A DNA stretch of 63,718 nt, counting the filler, from Sphingomonadaceae bacterium (GTDB taxonomy: Bacteria; Chloroflexota; UBA6077): assembly GCA_050261575.1 (NCBI GenBank). It is 4 parts of 4 records of this genome, joined end to end, with 100 filler letters (N's around TTAATTAATTAA, not from the genome) between each part and the next. Parts side by side here need not be neighbours in the genome. Positions count along the whole stretch, not along the records: positions 1 to 18,774 come from JBLNDL010000030.1; 3 more parts are not named here. One strand, given 5' to 3'. Under the pieces are notes generated by a model. The model was not told where the DNA came from. It did no database searches and saw only the letters and a program-made list of their open reading frames with translations. Of this stretch, positions 1-9,207 are shown in pieces. Numbering within the stretch: the first letter of the stretch is position 1; each line of letters begins with the position of its first letter. The position numbers were made by a program, and so were the translations under genes.

Positions 1-101
1 GGGGATCCCCGCGACGAGCCGCTGTGACGGGGCCACGCCAGGGGACGAGCCCCGAAGCTGCGGTGACCCGTCTGAATGCGAGGGCTGACCTGCCTGAGGG
101 A

Positions 102-596
102 TCAGCCGGCCCCGGTGTCGCTCGCGCCCTGGGTTGCCCGGAGCACCTCCTCGACGTTGGGAAGCTCCCCCGGCCTCTCCTCACCGATCCACCTGTAGAC
201 GATCTTCCCTCTGCGATCGATCACGTAGACGCCCCGCCGACCCACCCGCTTGTAGCCGGCAACGTCGGGGTAGTAGCCGACGTAGTTGGGGATAACCTCC
301 CGATTGAAGTCGCTCAGCAGCGGGAAGCTGAGCTTCATCTGCTCCGCGAAGACCTTGTGGCTGAAATGGGTATCCACGCTGACGCCGAGGAGTTGGGCAC
401 CGGCCGACTCGAACTGCTGGATCTGGTCTCCAAACTGAGACAGCTCGTTCCTTCAACCCCCAGTGAAATCGAGGACGTAGAACAGCAGCACGGCTTTCCG
501 GGTCTTCAGAACCTCGCTCAGGGTTATCTTGCCCTCCGGCGCGGCGGGCAGGGTGAAGTCCGGGGCAGAGTCGCCCACCTCGGGGAAACCGTTCAT
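102..596 (-). CDS. Selenocysteine-containing peroxiredoxin (AhpC/TSA/BCP-like), Sec at codon 48
   Basis: Manual translation from ATG 596 (SD GAAGGAG): MNGFPEVGDSAPDFTLP...LLFYVLDFTGG-TGA-RNELSQF..., in frame with ORF 102..377 (FPLLSDFNR, RGVYVIDR). TGA (453-455) sits at the peroxidatic TxxC position. Confidence 0.88.
426..441 (-). promoter_or_regulatory. Putative bacterial SECIS hairpin
   Basis: mRNA GUCUC-AGUUUG-GAGAC; the loop starts 16 nt after the UGA and has G at loop position 2; the stem extends via GCUG/CAGC and GAAC/GUUC. Confidence 0.7.
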
Positions 597-748
597 CCGC
601 CAACTCCTTCTCGCATTATGGGAAACGGTGGGGATCGCACTTCCCCTTCAGCACGGACCGTGCCTGTTCTACCACGAACCAACCCAGTTGCCATTACGAG
701 CCGTTGGCTTCACAATATGGGGCAAAGCGTGCGCTGGAGGTGGCTACC

Positions 749-1210
749 GTGTACCATCGCATCTTGGTACCCTTGGATGGGTCTCCGCTGGCCGAGGCCG
801 CGCTGCCCCACGCCACGGCCGTGGCACGCCGGTTCAACGCCAGCCTCATCCTGCTGCAGGTGGTGCCCACCCTCCCCACTGCCACTACCGTCGACACCGT
901 CGCCGGAGCCGGGGCGGAAGCGGTGATTGCCCTGGAGGCGATCGAAGCCACGGAGCGAGCCGCGGTCGAGTACCTGGAAGAGGTGGCCAGGCGGCCGGAA
1001 TTGGCCGGCCTCCACGTCGAAGTCGAGGTGGTGAGGGGCAGGCCTGCCCGGGAGATTGTGCGCCGGGCGAGAGATGGAAAAGCCGACCTCATCGTGATGT
1101 CCACCCACGGTCGGTCGGGGCTCGGGCGGCTGGTGTTCGGAAGCGTCGCCGACGAGGTGCTGCGCGACGCCGGCGTCCCGATTCTGCTGATCCGGCCCAA
1201 GTCCTCCTAG
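749..1210 (+). CDS. Universal stress protein
   Basis: YHRILVPLDGS...DLIVMSTHGRSGLGRLVFGSVADEVLR; GGAGG SD before GTG 749. Confidence 0.93.
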   Translation: MYHRILVPLDGSPLAEAALPHATAVARRFNASLILLQVVPTLPTATTVDTVAGAGAEAVIALEAIEATERAAVEYLEEVARRPELAGLHVEVEVVRGRPAREIVRRARDGKADLIVMSTHGRSGLGRLVFGSVADEVLRDAGVPILLIRPKSS

Positions 1211-1313
1211 GAACCCCTCTCTGGGGTGCCCCGACCCCCATAGCCTGGCCCGATGGTTGCCAGTTGGCGTGTGGCAGCCGGAAGGCGACGTCTAGAGAAG
1301 AAGGACTGCCTTC

Positions 1314-2828
1314 ATGAGCAAGGTGCGAGCCGCTGACTACCTGCGGCGGGAGAGCGGCGTATTGCTCCACCCGACATCTCTTCCGGCGCCCCACGGCATC
1401 GGGGACCTGGGCACCGAGGCACGCAGGTTCGTCGACTTCTTAGAAGCAGGTGGCCAGAGGCTGTGGCAGGTGCTGCCGCTCGTGCCGGTGGGCCATGGCA
1501 ACTCCCCCTATGCCGCGCCCTCGGCGGCGGGCGGCAACCCCCTGCTGATTTCGCTGGAGATCCTGAACAAGGAAGGCCTCCTGGACGAGTCCGACCTGCG
1601 TCCCGCGCCTCCGCTGCCCGCCGACCACGTGGACTACGGGGCCGTCGCCGCTTTCAAGATGCCCCTCCTCCGGCTGGCCTACCAGCGCTTCGAGGCCGAC
1701 GCAACCCCGAGCCAGCGGACGGAGTTCGACCGCTTCTGCCAGGAGAACGGCTCCTGGCTGGACGACTACGCCCTCTTCGCGGCCCTGAAGGAGGCCAACC
1801 ACGGCGCACCCTGGACCGAATGGGAGTGGGAGATCGCCTCACGACGGCCCGAGGCACTGGAACGCGCCCGGCACCAACTGGCGGAGGAGATCCGATTCCG
1901 GAAGTTCCTCCAATTCCAGTTCACCCGCCAGTGGCGGGTACTCAAGCGCTACGCCAACGACCGGCAGGTGCGGATCATCGGCGACCTGCCCATCTTCATC
2001 GCCTTGGACAGCGCCGACGCGTGGGCGAGGCCGGAGGTGTTCCACCTTGACGAAAAGGGAAACCCAACGGTGGTGAGCGGGGTGCCCCCGGACTACTTCT
2101 CCAAGACGGGCCAGCGGTGGGGAAACCCCCTCTACCGTTGGGACGTGCTGGCGAGCCGGGGCTACGATTGGTGGGTGGAGCGCTTCCGGGTTACCCTGGC
2201 GCAGGTGGACCTGGTGCGAATCGACCACTTCAGGGGCTTTCAGGCCTGCTGGGAGATCCCCGCACGATCGAAGACCGCGGAGCGGGGGCGCTGGGTGCAG
2301 GGACCTGGCGAGCGGTTCTTCCACGCCCTTGAGGAGGCATTGGGCCCCCTGCCGGTGATCGCCGAGGACCTCGGCATCATCACCCCCGAGGTGGAGGCGC
2401 TACGTGACCGGCTGGGCTATCCGGGAATGAAGGTGCTGCAGTTCGCCTTCGGCGACGACGCCCGTAACCCCCATCTGCCCCACAACCTGGAACGCCACTG
2501 CGTGCTCTACACGGGCACCCACGACAACGACACCACGGTCGGTTGGTTCGCCTCGTGCCCGCCTCGAGTGCGGGCGGCGGTTCTCCGCTACCTGGGAACC
2601 GACGGCCGCGAGATCCACTGGGACCTGATCCGGCTGGCGCTGGCAGCGGTGGCCGACGCGGCGGTGATACCGCTGCAGGACGTGCTCGGGCTCGGCAGCG
2701 AGGCTCGGATGAACCTGCCGGGCCACGCGAGCGGCAACTGGAAGTGGCGCTTCACCTCCGAGCAGTTGAAGCCCGAGCTGGCCACTCGGCTGCGGGAACT
2801 CGCCGTTACCTACGGGCGCCACCAGTAA
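1314..2828 (+). CDS. malQ: 4-alpha-glucanotransferase (amylomaltase, GH77)
   Basis: SGVLLHPTSLP, GVPPDYFSKTGQRWGNPLY, RIDHFRGF, YTGTHDNDT motifs. Confidence 0.96.
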   Translation: MSKVRAADYLRRESGVLLHPTSLPAPHGIGDLGTEARRFVDFLEAGGQRLWQVLPLVPVGHGNSPYAAPSAAGGNPLLISLEILNKEGLLDESDLRPAPPLPADHVDYGAVAAFKMPLLRLAYQRFEADATPSQRTEFDRFCQENGSWLDDYALFAALKEANHGAPWTEWEWEIASRRPEALERARHQLAEEIRFRKFLQFQFTRQWRVLKRYANDRQVRIIGDLPIFIALDSADAWARPEVFHLDEKGNPTVVSGVPPDYFSKTGQRWGNPLYRWDVLASRGYDWWVERFRVTLAQVDLVRIDHFRGFQACWEIPARSKTAERGRWVQGPGERFFHALEEALGPLPVIAEDLGIITPEVEALRDRLGYPGMKVLQFAFGDDARNPHLPHNLERHCVLYTGTHDNDTTVGWFASCPPRVRAAVLRYLGTDGREIHWDLIRLALAAVADAAVIPLQDVLGLGSEARMNLPGHASGNWKWRFTSEQLKPELATRLRELAVTYGRHQ

Positions 2829-2841
2829 CTACATCATCCAC

Positions 2842-2913
2842 GTAGGGCAGGGCACAGTGCCCTGCCGCCCGGCCTCAAGCTGTGCGGCGGCAGGGGACGA
2901 GCCCCTGCCCTAC
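2842..2913. repeat. GTAG-family REP-like inverted pair
   Basis: GTAGGGCAGGGC...GCCCTGCC and GGCAGGGGACGAGCCCCTGCCCTAC between convergent genes. Confidence 0.75.
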
Positions 2914-2919
2914 GCCTCG

Positions 2920-3459
2920 TCACTCTTTGCTTGCTTGTACCATGTCGAGGTAGCGCTGTCGCTCCGCCTCGGTGAGCACCCCCCGCTCCACCTCCTCGAA
3001 CTGCCGCAGCAGGTCATCCTGAGCCGACGGCGGCAACATCCGATCGCCCATGGGGTAGAGGATGTTGTCCTCCTTGTAGATGTGGGCCGATAGCAGCTCT
3101 GCGTAGCCGCGGGCGTGCTCTATCAGGGCGGCCCGGGCGGAGGGATCGTCGGGGTAGCGCCCCAGCGCCTCGGCCATCGCCTGCACGTGAGCCCTCCCCT
3201 CGTCGTGCTCGCTCAGCATCACACCGATTGGACCGCCATGGCGGGGGAATCCGTGCGCCTCCATGGTGGCGAAGAGGGCGTCCTCCTCCTTGGCGTGATG
3301 GTATCTGTCGGCGAAGTTCTGGATGAAGTCGATCGCCTGTCGAAACACCTCGGCGTCGACCTGCTCTCCTCTCTCCAGATCGCCGGCCGCCCGGTGCAGA
3401 ACCGCCAGCATCCCCTCTATGATCCGATGCTCCTGGCGCAGTATCTCCGTGGCTCGCAT
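2920..3459 (-). CDS. Hemerythrin HHE-domain protein
   Basis: EH, HHAKEE, EHDEGR and HIYKEDNILYP di-iron motifs. Confidence 0.92.
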   Translation of the reverse strand: MRATEILRQEHRIIEGMLAVLHRAAGDLERGEQVDAEVFRQAIDFIQNFADRYHHAKEEDALFATMEAHGFPRHGGPIGVMLSEHDEGRAHVQAMAEALGRYPDDPSARAALIEHARGYAELLSAHIYKEDNILYPMGDRMLPPSAQDDLLRQFEEVERGVLTEAERQRYLDMVQASKE

Positions 3460-3533
3460 CTGCCTTCCTCCTCATTTTCAGGTGATCGACGCCAAAACGT
3501 CCGCGCTGCGCCGCCCCTGTTGCCGTTGCAAGC

Positions 3534-3576
3534 AGGTTAACAGCCTCCGGCCCAACCCGCTGCGACAAAAGTCGCA
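3534..3576 (-). promoter_or_regulatory. CRP/FNR-family box plus -10 of the hemerythrin gene
   Basis: Palindrome TGCGACAAAAGTCGCA (3561-3576) lies 21 nt upstream of extended -10 TGtTAACCT. Confidence 0.7.
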
Positions 3577-3879
3577 CCGCCCACCCTGCCCCTATCGCGG
3601 GAAGGTCGCTTGCGGCACAGGAGGACCGCAGTATGCTTGGACTTACTAACTGAGAGTCGGACGGAACTCTGGAAAGGCCATCCTCACCGGCGAGGACGGA
3701 GGAATGGAAAGAGGGTAAACGGTCCCAGGACTACGCTCTCGAAACGATAAGCCCGGGCCAGGAGGAGGAGCGCTGCCACTCGTGCGGCACGCCACCGAGC
3801 CCTGTGGAGCCTCGGTGGCGAAACGGATAGGGTCGAACTGCCAGCAGGGGGCGAGCCCGAGAGCCGCCCCCTACGGAAT

Positions 3880-4140
3880 CTACTTCCTGTAATAGTCGGC
3901 GTTCTTCTGGATGAAGCTCTTCCACTTCTCGGGCACTTCGGCATCGGAAGTGATCGCGTTCACCGGACACACCGACTCACACGCACCGCAGTCGATGCAC
4001 TCATCGGGATTGATGTAGAGCTGCTCCGCGGCCTCGAACCCCTCCTCCTCTCGCGTCGGATGGATGCAGTCCACCGGACACACCTCTACGCACGCGGTGT
4101 CCTTCACTCCAATGCAGGGCTCGTTGATAACGTAGGTCAC
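3880..4140 (-). CDS. fdxA: Ferredoxin (7Fe FdxA-like)
   Basis: CIGVKDTACVEVCPVDCIH and CIDCGACESVCP; SD AAAGGAGG. Confidence 0.92.
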   Translation of the reverse strand: MTYVINEPCIGVKDTACVEVCPVDCIHPTREEEGFEAAEQLYINPDECIDCGACESVCPVNAITSDAEVPEKWKSFIQKNADYYRK

Positions 4141-4266
4141 CGGATCCTCCTTTCACGACTTCCCGCCAACGGCCACGAGGCCCCCGCCCGCACCCACCGC
4201 TTCACTCGCGGGCCGGATCTATCTTCAATGTACAATTACAGAAAGCAAGATTGCAACTATCGGCCA

Positions 4267-5766
4267 CTACTGCAGCCGCTCAGCGGCCGCGGTCAACTGG
4301 CTGACGGTCTGGGAGATCTGCCGGCTGCCCTCGGCCGACTGGCGAGTGACCTGCTCGATCTGGCGAATGGCAGACACCACCTGCTCGCTCGCGTTCTGCT
4401 GCTGCTGGGTCGCCTGCAGCATCTCCTTGGCGGCGGCTGCCACCTCCTGCACCGTGTCCACGATCTGCGCTATGGCATCCCCCGCCCCTCGGCCCAGCCC
4501 GGCGCCAACCTCCACGTCCGCTTCGCTCTTCTCGGCCGCCAGCACGGTCGCGCTGGCGGCGCGCTGGATCTCGGCCACCGCAGCCCGAACCTGGTGAGCG
4601 GCGCTCTTCGACTCCGAGGCGAGCTCCTTTACCTGGCTGGCGACGACGCTGAAGCGGCGCCCGTACTCCCCAGCCGCCGCGCTCTCAATGGCAGCGTTGA
4701 GCGCCAACAGGTGGGTTCGGTCGGCGATCTCAGAGATCACCTCGATGATCTCCCCGATGGCCTGGGTCTTCTGGCCCAGCGTCAGGTTCTTCTCAGCTAC
4801 GCTGCGCACCTCGGTGCGGATCCTATCCAGTCCGGCGATGGTCTCCTCCACGGCCTCGTGGCCCGTCTGGGCCGCTTGCAGGGCGGTGGACACCAGTTGA
4901 GACACCTGGGCGCTGTTCGCCGCGATCTGACTCGCGGCCCGGCTCAACTCCTCCATCATGGACACGATCTGGCCCATCGCCGCGGCCTGCTCCGAGGAGC
5001 CACTGGCCTGCTCCGAGGACGTCTTCGCCAACTCCTTTGCCATCACCTGAATCTCGGCGGCAACCCCAAGGCTGACGTGGGTCCTTGCCTCGATCTCCTG
5101 CTTCACCGCGGCCAACTCCGCGACCCTGGCCTCGAGCTCGGCCTTCACCTTCTCCAACTCCCGCGCCCGCTCCTCAGCGTCCCTGGCCCTGGCATGGAGC
5201 TGCGCCAAAGCGAAACCCAGCCGGCTGGAGTATCCGTAAGCCATGAGCGACAGCACCAGGATCAGCCCCAGCACCAGCAGAACCGTAACGGTCCTACCCT
5301 CCGCAATGCCGACACGCACCAGTCCATCGTCCAGGCGCCCGGCCGCCGCCTGCAGCAGGAACAGGATCATCGCGGCTCCCGATGATGCGATGACCGCCGG
5401 CCGGCGCAACAACTGCCCCGCCATCATTACCGGCAAGACGTGGGCTACCGGCAACAACGCGCTCCCGGAGGCGAAGCTGAGGCCTCCGATCGCCGCGATT
5501 CCGGACACCACCATGGCGTAGGCAGCCGTCTCGGCGCGCCCGGCCTTCGCCAACGACATGCCGCCCAGGCACACCGCAGTCAGTATCGCGGAGACCAGGA
5601 TGACGATTGCCACGAAGGGAGTGGGCTCCACGAGCCACAGAGCCGCGAACAGTAGCCCTATCCCGAGGCATGCCAGAGCCAGGATTCGGGCGAGGGACAC
5701 CACTAGTTGATCCCGCACCTCACTGCCGAGATGGGGACCATCGGCGAACATGCCACCAGAAAACAC
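4267..5766 (-). CDS. Methyl-accepting chemotaxis protein with multi-TM N-terminus
   Basis: IADRTHLLALNAAIESAAAGEYGRRFSVVASQVKELA signalling hairpin; start chosen at GTG after AAAGGAG. Confidence 0.9.
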   Translation of the reverse strand: MFSGGMFADGPHLGSEVRDQLVVSLARILALACLGIGLLFAALWLVEPTPFVAIVILVSAILTAVCLGGMSLAKAGRAETAAYAMVVSGIAAIGGLSFASGSALLPVAHVLPVMMAGQLLRRPAVIASSGAAMILFLLQAAAGRLDDGLVRVGIAEGRTVTVLLVLGLILVLSLMAYGYSSRLGFALAQLHARARDAEERARELEKVKAELEARVAELAAVKQEIEARTHVSLGVAAEIQVMAKELAKTSSEQASGSSEQAAAMGQIVSMMEELSRAASQIAANSAQVSQLVSTALQAAQTGHEAVEETIAGLDRIRTEVRSVAEKNLTLGQKTQAIGEIIEVISEIADRTHLLALNAAIESAAAGEYGRRFSVVASQVKELASESKSAAHQVRAAVAEIQRAASATVLAAEKSEADVEVGAGLGRGAGDAIAQIVDTVQEVAAAAKEMLQATQQQQNASEQVVSAIRQIEQVTRQSAEGSRQISQTVSQLTAAAERLQ

Positions 5767-5941
5767 CTCGTGCTCCTTTCGCCCAGCGCTGTGGGCAGGG
5801 GGATAGCACCGTGGGAACGGATGCAGCATGGACAAAGGATTATGGTTGCACTACATCATAGCACGATCCGGCTTTGCGGCAAGAGTGATGTGGCTGTATA
5901 ATCCCCTGAGTCATCGACAACCCTGGTGCAAGGTGACCCAC

Positions 5942-6739
5942 TTGATCTCCGCCATCGTCATCGACATCGACCCGGTGCTGTTCACCGCGGGCCCCGTCAG
6001 CCTTCGATGGTACGGGGTGTTGCTCTCCCTGGCCATCGTGACTGCAGTGCTCCTGGCCATTCGTGAGGCAGGCCGGCACGGGATAACCGAAGACAGTGTG
6101 GTGCACGTGGTGATGTGGGCAGTGCCCTCCGCTCTGGTCGGCGCGCGTCTCTTCCACGTGGTGGACGTCTGGCAGTTCTACGCAACCTACCCCTTGCAGA
6201 TCCTGGCCATACAGGAGGGGGGCCTCGCCATCTACGGCGGGCTGGTGGGCGGAGTGATCGGAGGGGTCGTGGCAGCACGACGCGCGGGTTTGCCCACGCT
6301 CAAGTTGATGGACATCGCGGCACCAAGCATGATCCTGGGCCAGGCGATTGGCCGGATCGGCTGCTTCCTCAACGGCGAGCACCAGGGCGCGCCGACGAGC
6401 CTCCCGTGGGCCACCTCGTACGTCAACCCTAGATCCCTCGCCCCAGATTCGCTGCCCCGGCATCCGGCCCAACTGTACGAGATGCTGTACGATCTGGCCC
6501 TCTTCGGACTGCTGTTGCTGCTGCGGCGGCGCTTGCGGCAGGATGGGCTGCTCTTTACGCTCTACGCGGCCCTCTACTCCTTCGGCCGGTTCTGGATCTC
6601 TGCCCTGCGGGAGGATGCGATCTTCCTGATGGGGCTCAAGGAGGCTCAGGTCATCAGCATCGCGATCATCCTGTTCGCGGCGCCGCTGGCCCTCTACCTG
6701 TCTCGGCGGCAACGGGGAGTTCTGGGTGCCGAGCCCTGA
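5942..6739 (+). CDS. lgt: Prolipoprotein diacylglyceryl transferase
   Basis: IDPV..GPVSLRWYG, GARLFHV, GGLAIYGG, QAIGRIGCFLNGE, HPAQLYE. Start approximate. Confidence 0.93.
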   Translation: MISAIVIDIDPVLFTAGPVSLRWYGVLLSLAIVTAVLLAIREAGRHGITEDSVVHVVMWAVPSALVGARLFHVVDVWQFYATYPLQILAIQEGGLAIYGGLVGGVIGGVVAARRAGLPTLKLMDIAAPSMILGQAIGRIGCFLNGEHQGAPTSLPWATSYVNPRSLAPDSLPRHPAQLYEMLYDLALFGLLLLLRRRLRQDGLLFTLYAALYSFGRFWISALREDAIFLMGLKEAQVISIAIILFAAPLALYLSRRQRGVLGAEP

Positions 6740-6881
6740 GCGCTGGGTTCGTGCCCCATCCGATCACGGAGACGGGGTTGCCCCAACCCGTCTGGCCACG
6801 GGGGTCGACATTCGGCAGGACACCACCATCGATCGTCTGGGTTCTCTCAACCCGGGCTCCGTGATTGCGTGCTGATAGCTG

Positions 6882-7169
6882 ATGGCTCGAAGGTCCCACG
6901 TCGCAGTGCTGTACACTAAGGCGGGCTGCTGCCTCTGCCATCGCGCCCGGGAGATTCTGCTCCGATTGCAGGCGGAGTTCGACCTCCGGATAGACGAGGT
7001 GGACATCACCAGCGACCCGGCCCTGGAGGAGCAGTACAGGTACACCATCCCGGTGCTCGTGATCGACGGCCGGCATCGCTTCGAGCCCAACCAGATCGCC
7101 GAGCACTACATCCGGAGAGCACTCGAACCGGCCGGAGCACACGGGTGGCGATGGCCGTGGAAACGGTGA
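6882..7169 (+). CDS. Glutaredoxin-like protein (DUF836 type)
   Basis: LYTKAGCCLC...EVDITSDPAL..Y...IPVLVIDG. Confidence 0.85.
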   Translation: MARRSHVAVLYTKAGCCLCHRAREILLRLQAEFDLRIDEVDITSDPALEEQYRYTIPVLVIDGRHRFEPNQIAEHYIRRALEPAGAHGWRWPWKR

Positions 7170-7176
7170 ACACAAA

Positions 7177-7824
7177 GTGGAATTCCAGGGGATCCAGGTC
7201 TCGCGAGAGAATCAGATGGGGCCCAGAGCCCGCCGACTGATCGTGGCCGCGCAGAGAGCCTGCTTCTGGTTCGCTCGCCACTGGCTCGCCCTGGCCAACG
7301 GGTTCAACCTGGCGGTGCTCGCTGGCTCGGCAGCCGTCCCGGCGCTGGCGGCGGCGGGGCTCCACGGCCTGGCCGAACCGGTTTTCGCGAGCTATCTGCT
7401 GGTGTGCCACCAGTTGCCGTATCGATCCTTCTTTCTCTTCGGGCAGCAGATGGCCATGTGCCAGCGAGACGTGGCCATCTACGCGTCCATGGCCCTGGCA
7501 GGGATCCTGTTCGCCCTGGACCGAGATCGATGGAGTCCGCTGGCCTGGCGGTGGTACCTGCTGGCCCTCCTGCCGATCGGAATAGACGGCACCACCCAAC
7601 TGCTGGGTTTCAGGGAGAGCAACTGGGAGTTGCGACTGGCAACCGGCACCATCTTCGGGGTGGCCACCGTGTGGCTGGCCTATCCCTATCTGGAGCGCTT
7701 CGCGGCCGACATCCTTTCAACGGAGACCCGGGGATTGGGGGAAGCGCTTACGCGGAGACCAGCAATCAGCGCTCAGGGCCCAGGACGCGGGGCTCAGGAC
7801 GTGCAGAACAGAAAGGCAACTTGA
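7177..7824 (+). CDS. DUF2085 membrane protein
   Basis: CHQLPYRSF...MCQRD..IY and IDGTTQLLGFRES..LR..TG motifs. Confidence 0.85.
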   Translation: MEFQGIQVSRENQMGPRARRLIVAAQRACFWFARHWLALANGFNLAVLAGSAAVPALAAAGLHGLAEPVFASYLLVCHQLPYRSFFLFGQQMAMCQRDVAIYASMALAGILFALDRDRWSPLAWRWYLLALLPIGIDGTTQLLGFRESNWELRLATGTIFGVATVWLAYPYLERFAADILSTETRGLGEALTRRPAISAQGPGRGAQDVQNRKAT

Positions 7825-8510
7825 TGAGACCAGTCAGCATCCTGAAGGGCATCGCTGCGGCGCTGTTCGTCGCCTCCATGCCGATCCTCTTCTGCACCAT
7901 CAGTCTCAGGTGGCTGGTGTCGGACACCGGCTGGTACCGGTCCAACTTCGCCAAGTACGGGGTCTCGGAGCGAACCCGCATCTCCCCCGAGGAGTTGGGG
8001 AGGTCCGCCGAGGAGATCAGCCGCTACCTGCTGCTGAACCGGGACGATATCGACCTGCAGGTAAAGGTGGGCAACGAAATCCGCCCGCTCTTCAACCAGC
8101 GGGAGTTGACCCACATGTTGGATGTTCAGAAGCTCCTGGGGGGCTTCTACACCCTCCAGACGGTGGCGGCGGGCTACTCCCTCCTCTACCTGGCTGCCAG
8201 CAGGCTTTGGACGCGGGAGGGCTACCTCCGCTCCCAGGGCAGCAAGCTCCGCTGGGGCGGTGGCCTCACTTTGGGCCTCTTTGGGGCTTTTGGCGCGCTG
8301 TCGGCGTTCAACTTTGACGAGCTGTTTCTACAGTTCCACCTGATATCCTTCGACAACGACCTCTGGATGCTGGACCCCACGAGAGATAACCTTATAATGA
8401 TGTTTCCCCAGGGTTTCTGGTACGATTCTGCCATCCGGTTAGCCCTCATGGCAGGAGCCCAGGCGCTCGGCTCGGTGCTGGTGGGCAGCTTCCTGGTTAG
8501 ACGGCGGTAA
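7824..8510 (+). CDS. TIGR01906/DUF1461 membrane protein (Lit-like lipoprotein intramolecular transacylase family)
   Basis: FNQRELTHMLDV, FDELFLQFHLISFDNDLWMLDP, LIMMFPQGFW; TGATG coupling to the upstream gene. Confidence 0.82.
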   Translation: MRPVSILKGIAAALFVASMPILFCTISLRWLVSDTGWYRSNFAKYGVSERTRISPEELGRSAEEISRYLLLNRDDIDLQVKVGNEIRPLFNQRELTHMLDVQKLLGGFYTLQTVAAGYSLLYLAASRLWTREGYLRSQGSKLRWGGGLTLGLFGAFGALSAFNFDELFLQFHLISFDNDLWMLDPTRDNLIMMFPQGFWYDSAIRLALMAGAQALGSVLVGSFLVRRR

Positions 8511-8513
8511 GCG

Positions 8514-8603
8514 GTCAGCCATCAGCCGTCAGCGAGGAACTGGCCACTGGCTGCCGGATGTCGAGCATCCAAGCGGCAGCAACGAGGCTGATAGCCGACA
8601 GCC
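8514..8603. repeat. Inverted heptamer (TCAGCxx/xxGCTGA) repeat
   Basis: GTCAGCCATCAGCCGTCAGC ... GCTGATAGCCGACAGCC. Confidence 0.6.
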
Positions 8604-8632
8604 ATACAATCGGACAGGGGGAGAGAGAAGTA

Positions 8633-8935
8633 ATGGCAAAGCCCAGGAAGAAGCGACGGCAGTCGGGAGGCAAGCGCCAGATCGAAACCGCGCTGCCCAA
8701 GCGACAGTACAAGAGGACGAATCGGATTCTCTACGTGCTCTCGGCGATCCTGCTGGTGGTCTTCGGGGGCGGTGCAGCCCTCGTTGGAGCAGGAGCCCCT
8801 CCGGCCCCGACACCCACGCCGGCACCTGCCGTGTCCAACGCACCCGTCGGAGGCACTGCCGACCAGTCGGCGCAGTTCACCACTACTCCCACCCCCGTCC
8901 CACCCACGGCCACACCTACCCAGCAGGCGCAATAG
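8633..8935 (+). CDS. Small membrane protein (basic N-terminus, one TM, Pro/Thr tail)
   Basis: MAKPRKKRR...ILYVLSAILLVVFGGG...PTPTP; purine-rich SD. Confidence 0.65.
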   Translation: MAKPRKKRRQSGGKRQIETALPKRQYKRTNRILYVLSAILLVVFGGGAALVGAGAPPAPTPTPAPAVSNAPVGGTADQSAQFTTTPTPVPPTATPTQQAQ

Positions 8936-9207
8936 AGGGGCGGCCGGTCGGCCGCCCTACTCTATTATGGTGACCGGGCAGTTTTCCCCTGCCACCGGAG
9001 AGCAGAGCAGGGTGGGCCTGCTACCGACTCTTGGGGAACCTGCCGACTCGCTGCCTCAGGCCGAGCAGCCGGCATGCAGGGCACCGTGCACTGTGGTATC
9101 CTCCTTGCCCGAGGTGTGAGCTCGGACTCTACAGCGAAGCTTGGTGAGGGGAGCTGGCCGACGCCAGTTGCCACAGGCTGAGCGCTACAGAAGGGCGCTG
9201 CCCAGCC

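Noticed and set aside
3633..3830. AGGAGG + ATG with TGA at codon 7 and a CHSC motif if read through
   Set aside because: No recognisable family or convincing SECIS; cannot support a second selenoprotein.
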